A stretch of DNA of 24,371 nt from Gammaproteobacteria bacterium. GTDB lineage: Bacteria > Pseudomonadota > Gammaproteobacteria > UBA9214. The notes beneath the pieces were generated by a model. That model searched no databases and was not told the DNA's origin. It saw only the letters and a program-made list of their open reading frames with translations. The DNA is taken from assembly GCA_032124375.1 (NCBI GenBank), contig JAQBDO010000032.1, positions 1-24,371 of the forward strand. Direction: 5' to 3'. Made by a program: the position numbers and the translations under genes. Positions 1 through 6,342 of this stretch are shown one piece after another (the stretch's first letter is position 1; every line of letters starts with the position of its first letter).

Positions 1-1
1 G

Positions 2-496
2 CTGAAGGATGCGGCGCAACGTTGCGTGTCGGTGCGGCTGATTTCCAACAGTCCCGACACCAACGACCTGCCGGAGATCAGCCTCGTGGGCCGGGGGTAC
101 TATAAAGACCTGCTTGCAGTGAACAGCACACCGGAAGTGGCGTCCTGCAAGAATGCCGCTGCCGGCATCAGGATCTGGGAATGGATCGGCCAGGCCGCTG
201 ACGAACCGGAACGCAGCCAGGGAACCATGCACTCCAAGTACGCGGTCGTGGACGGCCAGCGCAGCCTGATCGGCTCCTACAATCTCGATCCCCGCAGCGA
301 GAAGCTGAACAGTGAAACGGCCGTTGTCTTCCTGCAGCCTGGTTTGTCAGCACAGCTGCGGCGCGCATTCCTGGAAGAAGACCTGAAGTACAGTCGCGCA
401 GTCACCCCCGAACTGGCAGCGGAATTCGAGTCGCCGGAAGACGTGATCTTGCGCTTCCGTAAGTCTATCGGGCACCTGTTCGAGAAGCATCTCTGA
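2..496 (+). CDS. Phospholipase D / cardiolipin synthase-like protein, C-terminal part (5' truncated by window edge)
   Basis: Frame is open from base 2 (LKDAAQRCVSVRL...). PLD motif HSKYAVVD (HxKxxxxD) followed by IGSYNLDPRSEKLNSE; TGA at 494-496. Confidence 0.9.
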   Translation: MKDAAQRCVSVRLISNSPDTNDLPEISLVGRGYYKDLLAVNSTPEVASCKNAAAGIRIWEWIGQAADEPERSQGTMHSKYAVVDGQRSLIGSYNLDPRSEKLNSETAVVFLQPGLSAQLRRAFLEEDLKYSRAVTPELAAEFESPEDVILRFRKSIGHLFEKHL

Positions 497-640
497 TGCT
501 GGCAGCATGAACGACCCGGTCTGTACCCGGTTTAACCTGTGCGTGGTTGCGTCAGTATCCGTGTGGCCTGGAGAATTGCGTGTCCGGCACCGGCCTGCTA
601 CCGGCTGCGAATCGAGGTGAGCCCGGCAGTGGTGCGGAAC

Positions 641-1786
641 ATGCGCAGTGCCCTGGCAGTCGCGGTCATCCTGCTCTGCGGCTGTGCAACTCTGCCAACT
701 ACCCGAACGCTCCTGCACGAGCCAATCCAGGTCATGGTCATCGAGGATGCGCCCGTCATGCAGGATGGCCGGGCGGGATTTCGCAAGGTCTTCTGCGCGA
801 GCATGCACACTGACGGGCTCCTGACTGGCGACGAGGATATATCCTGCGATCGCTGGCTGTGGCGCTTCCCGGACGAAGCGGAAGCAGGCAACAGCGAACC
901 CCTGGCCAGATCACCGCCTGGAAGACTCGCGGTATTCCTGGTCACCGGTGCGTTCAGCGAATGTGTCGGCGATGAGGCCAGGCCATTTTCCGCCGGTGCT
1001 GCACGGTTAAGCGCCAGCGGCGCCCACGTCGAGACTATCGTCGTCAGTGGCCGCTCCGGGAGCGATCATAACGGGCAACAGATCGCCAACGTGCTGGAGC
1101 ACGCCCGGTTGCGTGGCGACGAAACGACGGTTCTCGTAGGGTTCTCCAAGGGAGCGCTCGATATCCTGCATTTCCTGGTCAACTTTCCGGAACGCGCAAG
1201 CCAGGTGGATGCCGTCGTCAGCATCGCCAGCCCGATATTCGGCAGCCGCCTGGCTGACATGGCTGACCCGGTCTATTCGAATCTGCTGGCAAAGGTGCCC
1301 TACCCCGCGTGTCCGCCCGGCGACGGAAATATAATCCGCAGCCTGCGGACCGACACGGCGACGCAGTGGCTCGAATCAAACGCCCTGCCCGCGCATGTGC
1401 GCTATTACTCCCTGGCGAGTTTCACGACACGCGAACACGTGGCACGTGGACTGGTTTCAACCTGGAGGATCCTGAATCGCATTGATCCCCGCAACGACGG
1501 ACAGGTCATCGCGGCCGACGCCGTGATCCCGGGGGCTACGTTGCTCGGCTATACCAACGCGGACCACTGGGGTACGGCCACCACCATTGAATCCGTGCAC
1601 ACCTATCTCGGCGCACGCCCGGATCCGGCGCTCTTCCCGCTGGAAACGCTGTTTGCCTCGATCGTGCAGTACGTTTCTGCCGACCTTGCCATGAGCGCTG
1701 GCAACACAGGCTCAGCGCCTCGGCGTGGTCCCGGCCCGCACGACGAACGTCACCAGCCCCGGCAGGTTGTCGATACCGGGTTTTAG
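641..1786 (+). CDS. Lipoprotein alpha/beta hydrolase (lipase/esterase-like)
   Basis: ATG 641 gives signal peptide MRSALAVAVILLCG-C (lipobox-like). Nucleophile elbow GFSKG (GxSxG), candidate Asp in NDGQV, His in ADHW. The last ~25 codons are the antisense of a regulator fragment (see findings). The upstream GTG at 539 is less likely. Confidence 0.8.
   Translation: MRSALAVAVILLCGCATLPTTRTLLHEPIQVMVIEDAPVMQDGRAGFRKVFCASMHTDGLLTGDEDISCDRWLWRFPDEAEAGNSEPLARSPPGRLAVFLVTGAFSECVGDEARPFSAGAARLSASGAHVETIVVSGRSGSDHNGQQIANVLEHARLRGDETTVLVGFSKGALDILHFLVNFPERASQVDAVVSIASPIFGSRLADMADPVYSNLLAKVPYPACPPGDGNIIRSLRTDTATQWLESNALPAHVRYYSLASFTTREHVARGLVSTWRILNRIDPRNDGQVIAADAVIPGATLLGYTNADHWGTATTIESVHTYLGARPDPALFPLETLFASIVQYVSADLAMSAGNTGSAPRRGPGPHDERHQPRQVVDTGF
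1712..1786 (-). pseudogene. Diverged duplicate of the last 25 codons of the NarL/LuxR regulator at 4203-4847
   Basis: Minus strand reads LKPGIDNLPGLVTFVVRAGTTPRR*, versus LKLGIDNLPGLVKFAVRAGITTPRP* at 4203-4280. Manual alignment: 8 mismatches over 75 nt plus one 3-nt indel. Confidence 0.9.
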
Positions 1787-1949
1787 ATCGCCGGGCACCG
1801 CGGTCCTGCATTGGCATCCTGCAGCTCCCGCGTACGCAGGGAGCGCGCGCTTACCGCCGCACAGGCATCAGCTGAAACCGCTTCCCGATTGCACGGAAGT
1901 GATGACAGCAAGTGCCGGTGCCCGGGTGCTGGAGTTGTTTCACGACATC

Positions 1950-2012
1950 GTGTCCGTATTTTTACCTACGCGTTTTCCCGGATATCGAAGCGATTTGCCA
2001 GGTGCTAGTTTG
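1950..2012 (+). promoter_or_regulatory. Conserved 63-bp promoter module, copy A (upstream of the YsaB-like gene)
   Basis: GTGTCCG-TATTTTTA-CCTACG-N7-CCGGATATCG-N14-GTGCTAGTTTG; ungapped match to copies at 11912 and 13259. -35-position TATCGA (1983-1988), 17-bp spacer, TG-n-TAGTTT extended -10 (2006-2011). Confidence 0.7.
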
Positions 2013-2207
2013 CCTTCCTCTGGCCGACATACGGAACATTCATTGAGAAGACGAACATGTTCTGAAGAACCGGAGACAAATCACTCCCGGCTTTCGTTGT
2101 CGTCAACCCGCCGGATGAGAATCGATTTATTTCGGCTTCTGGCAACGGCGATAGCGTCATTACATGAATGGCGCTGGGAAGTTGCCCACCAACAGGAGAA
2201 ACGTTGT

Positions 2208-2795
2208 ATGAACAAGTACACAACCTGCCGTCTGCTGACGGGCAGCCTGATGTTTAGTGGCGCCGTCATCATGATGACGTTTACCGGCGTGGCGTCTGCC
2301 GAAGAGAACATTGCCATCGGTGACATGCCGCGTTATTGCCAGCTTGAAGCTGCCTCGGCTTTCGGTGTGAGTAACGACGACGTCATGACCTTGCCGGCGG
2401 AGAAAGATCACGGCAAGTACGTTGTTTACGGCCAGACGCCGGCAGAAGGACAAAACGCCCTGTTCTTCACCTGCAGGTTCAACGCGCACCGCCAGTTCGT
2501 CAAGGTCGATAAGCAATCGGACAACAGAACCCGTCCCCAGTCCGGGGGGAGCTCACATTCCCATGGCGGAGGCGGGATCGCCGTGAAGGATATGCCGAAG
2601 TACTGCGCCGGTGAAGCATCGGCGAAGTTCAGTCAACGCCCGAACCGTATCACCACCCAGAATGCGGTTGAAGACCACGGCATGTACTCCGTCTGGGGCC
2701 AGTATGAGGCGGAGCCCAACCCACAGCTCTTCATCTGTACCTTCTCCGCCGAAGGCAAGTTGGTCGGCGTGGATCTGCACAACCCCGGTGACTGA
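2208..2795 (+). CDS. Secreted protein with two tandem YsaB-like domains
   Basis: AGGAG at 2194-2198, ATG 2208, signal peptide ending VASA-EE. Two ~65-aa repeats (DMPRYC..EA...G.Y.V.GQ....F.C.F) separated by a Ser/Gly/His linker. The pattern resembles E. coli YsaB as recalled. Confidence 0.8.
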   Translation: MNKYTTCRLLTGSLMFSGAVIMMTFTGVASAEENIAIGDMPRYCQLEAASAFGVSNDDVMTLPAEKDHGKYVVYGQTPAEGQNALFFTCRFNAHRQFVKVDKQSDNRTRPQSGGSSHSHGGGGIAVKDMPKYCAGEASAKFSQRPNRITTQNAVEDHGMYSVWGQYEAEPNPQLFICTFSAEGKLVGVDLHNPGD

Positions 2796-2807
2796 TCCTT
2801 GTGGTTG

Positions 2808-2836
2808 AAAGAGCCCCGCCCTGGCGGGGCTTTTTT
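2808..2836 (+). terminator. Intrinsic terminator, probably bidirectional
   Basis: AAAG, stem AGCCCCGC / loop CCTG / GCGGGGCT, T-run to 2836; lies between convergent genes. Confidence 0.85.
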
Positions 2837-2921
2837 GCCTGCAGGGACGCCGGTAGCGACGCGATATGTTGCTGGCACCGCCACGCCTGTCTGTGCATGA
2901 AATGCTGACCTGCAGGCGCCC

Positions 2922-3329
2922 TCAAGAGCGCATCCCGTAGCGCGCTTTGAGCCATACCGCCGCCGTCCAGGTCAGCAGTGCGAACACCGCTCCCGCCAGC
3001 GCCGCGGCCCCCACACCGAGCAGTCGGTCCCCTGCTGACACCGTGACGCCCGGCTCGCCGCTTCCGAAGATCGATAACACCAGCATCGCGATGCCGCCGC
3101 CGGCCATCCCTTCCACTCCGACACGCAGGCCCGTCACCCACCTGCCGGGAGTGCCTGCAGCCAGGTACGCCTGCAGACGCAGGAAGGCGACCAGGCACAG
3201 CAGCGCGATGAGACCGACGAGCCACAGAAAACCGGGCGGAGGCGGTTTGTCCGCACCCAGCAGTGCAATGGCGACTGCCAGGACGAATAGTCCCGCCGCG
3301 CACGCCCCGGAAATGCTGCGGTTCGTCAC
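2922..3329 (-). CDS. Small integral membrane protein (~4 TM helices), unknown function
   Basis: Four hydrophobic segments; GGAGG 8 nt upstream of GTG 3329 (ORF track uses TTG 3347); convergent on the 2808 terminator. Confidence 0.7.
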   Translation of the reverse strand: MTNRSISGACAAGLFVLAVAIALLGADKPPPPGFLWLVGLIALLCLVAFLRLQAYLAAGTPGRWVTGLRVGVEGMAGGGIAMLVLSIFGSGEPGVTVSAGDRLLGVGAAALAGAVFALLTWTAAVWLKARYGMRS

Positions 3330-3721
3330 CCCTTCAGCCTCCAGCAAGCTTCGACCCCACCGTGCCCCTCATACCGCTGTCACCTGCGATCACAGTGCGT
3401 CCGCGATATTACCCACATCCCCTGGATATATGTAGCGTAAACCATACTTGAAATAACCATGAATTAACGCGTGTGTGAAGCAAGTCGCTGTATCGCAGAC
3501 TGGCATATCAGGCGCCGGACCACGTACAACATGTCGCGTCCCGGGCATCAGGATACTCCCAGCGACGATCCCGGCGGGAGGTTTAGGTGCAAACATGAAA
3601 ACTTTTGATAACGTAATCACTGCTGTCCCGTTAAATCATCACGATGATACTGCTAGTTGCTATATAGAAGCACAATGACCGCAGCTCAACCGTCCGAGAC
3701 ATGCACACGAACAGTCAGACA

Positions 3722-3991
3722 CGTCATCCCGGACGGCGCGAAGTAGAGATCCGGAATCCAGAGATTTTAGGAAACCCTGAATAAGTCGTCACCCCGGCGG
3801 AGGCCGGGGTCCAGTTTGTTGATTTTCCTGGATGATTCGCTTCGCTCACCCTGCGGGCCGCCCTCCGGGCGTTCAACGCGCTACGCGCTTTTGTCCGGCA
3901 TGTGCCGGAATGACGAAGGGGAACTTGTTCAGAGGTTCCTTTAGTGACTTACTGGATACCGGATAACGGCTGCGCCGTTTCCGGCATGACG
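3722..3991. repeat. Outer REP-like inverted doublet interrupted by a MITE
   Basis: Left arm CGTCATCCCGGA...CCGGAATCCAG (3722-3761); right arm CTGGATACCGG...CCGGCATGACG (3952-3991); the arms are inverted relative to each other. Confidence 0.8.
3770..3939. mobile_element. 170-bp MITE-like element with 16-bp TIRs and TTTA target duplication
   Basis: GGAAACCCTGAATAAG (3770-3785) / CTTGTTCAGAGGTTCC (3924-3939), 13/16 inverted match; TTTA at 3766-3769 and 3940-3943; no transposase. Confidence 0.7.
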
Positions 3992-4202
3992 ATGAAATGT
4001 TAACGGGACAGCAGTGTAACGGAGTACATAATGATGACAACTTCTCAGCAGTTCCACACCCTGGGAAACGGGGTCTGTCCCGGTTTTCCCCCGGTTTTCC
4101 CGGAGGACCGGACGCGGAACATTGCCGACACCGGGGCGCCGCTGCTTGCGAAACGCACGCTGAGTGATCGCAGGGAAAAGCTCCCCGCCAGCCAGCGCAG
4201 AA

Positions 4203-4847
4203 TCAGGGCCTTGGCGTGGTGATCCCGGCCCGCACGGCGAACTTCACCAGTCCCGGCAGGTTGTCGATGCCGAGTTTCAGCATGATGCGTGTGCGGTAGG
4301 TCTCCACTGTCCTGACGCTGATGCCAAGGGCCGCGGCGATCTCCTTCATTCGTCGCCCCTCCGCCAGCAGGCGCAGCACGTCACGCTCCCTGTCGCTCAG
4401 GTTGGCCTTGTCGAGTTCGATGCTGCGCAGCTGCGGCTGCGCCTCGGTCACCTGCCCGGCGGCCGGGCTGACAAATCGCTCCCCCCGCAGGGTAGCGGCT
4501 ATCGCTGTCACCAGGTCGTCGATCGCCTCGTTCTTGAGCACGTAGGCCGATGCGCCGGCCTCGAACATGCGCTCCTGGTAATGGGCGTCGCCGTACATGG
4601 ACAGCGCCACGATCTGTGTCTCCGGCGAAACCTGCCGGATACGGCGAGCCGCCTCCATGCCGTCCATGTGCGGCATCTCGACATCAAGCACGGCGATTTG
4701 CGGCCTGAGACGCTGCGCCAGCTGCACAGCCGCTTCACCGTCGTCGGCCTCGCCGACTATCTCCCAGTCAGCCTGCTTGCCGACCAGCAGCGCCAGGCCC
4801 TGGCGAAACAGTATGTGGTCATCTGCCAATAGCACGGTCAGTGTCAT
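4203..4847 (-). CDS. NarL/FixJ (LuxR-HTH) family response regulator
   Basis: REC domain (VLLADDH..., IAVLDVEMPHMDG, ALS, GASAYVLK) plus LuxR HTH (LSDRERDVLRLLAEGRRMKEIAAALGISVRTVETYR); ATGA overlap with the upstream gene. Confidence 0.95.
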   Translation of the reverse strand: MTLTVLLADDHILFRQGLALLVGKQADWEIVGEADDGEAAVQLAQRLRPQIAVLDVEMPHMDGMEAARRIRQVSPETQIVALSMYGDAHYQERMFEAGASAYVLKNEAIDDLVTAIAATLRGERFVSPAAGQVTEAQPQLRSIELDKANLSDRERDVLRLLAEGRRMKEIAAALGISVRTVETYRTRIMLKLGIDNLPGLVKFAVRAGITTPRP

Positions 4848-6025
4848 TCCCCTGGTACCTCCCTGTCAGGTATTCCCCTATTACAAGACTGTTGCGCTGC
4901 TTCCGCAACGGCCTCCTGCCCCTGTGCCAGGGGTATCTGTACACATAACCGCGTACCCGCCCCGTCCGATTCGATGGACAGACTGCCTCCCCAGAGTGAC
5001 AGTCGTTCGCCCGTGTTGAACAGGCCGTAACCACCTTCACCCGTCACCTGCGGGCCAATAACATCGTAATCGAAACCCCTGCCGTCGTCAGCGACAGTGA
5101 GTGTCAGCACATGCCCGTCGCAGCCCAGTTCCAGCCAGCCCCGGCTCGCCCCGGCATGCTTGACCATGTTGCAAACCAGTTCCCGCGCGCACTGGAACAC
5201 CAGCACGGCCAGCTCCCGGTCGAGTACCGGAACCGGCGAAGTTTCTGCAAACTCCACCGCCAACCCGAACCGCTGTGTCGTGTTCGCGGCCAGCCAGCGC
5301 AAAGCCGGCACGAGGCCCTCCCGGTAGAGCACCGGCGGGCTAAGATCGAACTGCAGGGTGCGCAATTCCTGCAGCGCCTCCCGCATCAGGTCCAGCCCCA
5401 CCTCCAGCAGGCGGTCCGATTCACTATCGCGGGACCTGGCAGCCGAGGCGACCTGCGCCTGGGCCAGGGCCAGCTTCTGCATCGGACTGTCGTGCAGCTC
5501 GCCGGCCAGGCGATTCTTTTCACGCTCCCCGACGCGGGTGATATCCATCGCCAGGCGCCGCAGCCTTGCATTGGCATCACGTAGCTCCCGCGTCCGCTCC
5601 GCCAGCGCCGACTCCAGATTGCGGGACAGGCGCCCGAGTTCCAGGTGGGTTTTCACCCGCGCGAGGAGCACCTTTATGTCAAAGGGCTTGAGCAGATAGT
5701 CAGCTCCGCCGCTGTCAAAGGCACGCACCATGGTCTCACTGTCATCCTTCCCGGTCAGAAAAATGACCGGGATATTCCGCGCGTCTTCACGGGACTTGAG
5801 GCGCCTGCAGGTCTCGATACCGTCAATCCCGCCGGGCATCAGGATATCCAGCAGCACCAGGTCGAGCCGTTTATCGAGCAGTATCGAATCCACTGCCTCC
5901 AGTGCCCGCTCACCGCTATCGGCCACATGCACCTGGTACCCCTGCCCGACAAGCAACTGGCCGAGAAAACGGATGTTTTCCGGCTCGTCATCCACAATCA
6001 GGATATTCCCGCGTGATACCGCCAT
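4844..6025 (-). CDS. Cytoplasmic REC-HisKA_3-HATPase histidine kinase (NarX/UhpB-type core with N-terminal receiver)
   Basis: N-terminal REC (ILIVDDE..., DLVLLDILMPGGIDG, KPF), coiled coil, H-box LAGELHD, N-box RELVCNMVKHAGA, G boxes DDGRGF and GYGL; GGAG RBS. Confidence 0.92.
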   Translation of the reverse strand: MAVSRGNILIVDDEPENIRFLGQLLVGQGYQVHVADSGERALEAVDSILLDKRLDLVLLDILMPGGIDGIETCRRLKSREDARNIPVIFLTGKDDSETMVRAFDSGGADYLLKPFDIKVLLARVKTHLELGRLSRNLESALAERTRELRDANARLRRLAMDITRVGEREKNRLAGELHDSPMQKLALAQAQVASAARSRDSESDRLLEVGLDLMREALQELRTLQFDLSPPVLYREGLVPALRWLAANTTQRFGLAVEFAETSPVPVLDRELAVLVFQCARELVCNMVKHAGASRGWLELGCDGHVLTLTVADDGRGFDYDVIGPQVTGEGGYGLFNTGERLSLWGGSLSIESDGAGTRLCVQIPLAQGQEAVAEAAQQSCNRGIPDREVPGE

Positions 6026-6080
6026 TAATTGCTCCGCTGTATTGCTCCGTCAGTTACCCCGAATTGATTGGCCATCCGGC

Positions 6081-6324
6081 CGGTAAACCCCCTCTCCCAG
6101 CGGGAGAGGGTTGGGGAGAGGGAATCGAATGACAGGCCAATCTTCCTGATTCATGTCCCATCATCCTCGGTAACTGCTCCTGCATTACCCTACCGCCTGC
6201 ATCCCTGCAGTCGTGCCCTTCTCCCGCAGGGAGAAGGAATGCGACTTTCCACATCCAGGATGCTTCTTGCGATATAGCCTTTCCCTGCGTTCCGACCCTT
6301 CGCCTAAAGGCGAGGGGTTTACTG
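6081..6324. repeat. REP-like composite element bounded by inverted repeats, inside the signalling operon
   Basis: CGGTAAACCCC (6081-6091) / GGGGTTTACTG (6314-6324), 10/11. Hairpins CCCTCTCCC-AGC-GGGAGAGGG (6090-6110), CCTTCTCCC-GCA-GGGAGAAGG (6217-6237) and CCCTTCGCCT-AA-AGGCGAGGGG (6296-6317). Confidence 0.75.
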
Positions 6325-6342
6325 ATCCCCTATACGGGGACT

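Noticed and set aside
1725-2207. 5' extension of the 356-aa ORF 1725-2795
   Set aside because: Overlaps the lipase end and the promoter module; the RBS and signal peptide point to ATG 2208.
3390-3678. Short ORFs in the AT-richer spacer upstream of the membrane-protein gene
   Set aside because: No convincing RBS, motifs or coding-like composition.
4031-4222. 63-aa ORF with GGAG upstream
   Set aside because: Runs through a repeat arm (4068-4089) and into the regulator's 3' end; no recognisable domain. Cannot be excluded but is unsupported.
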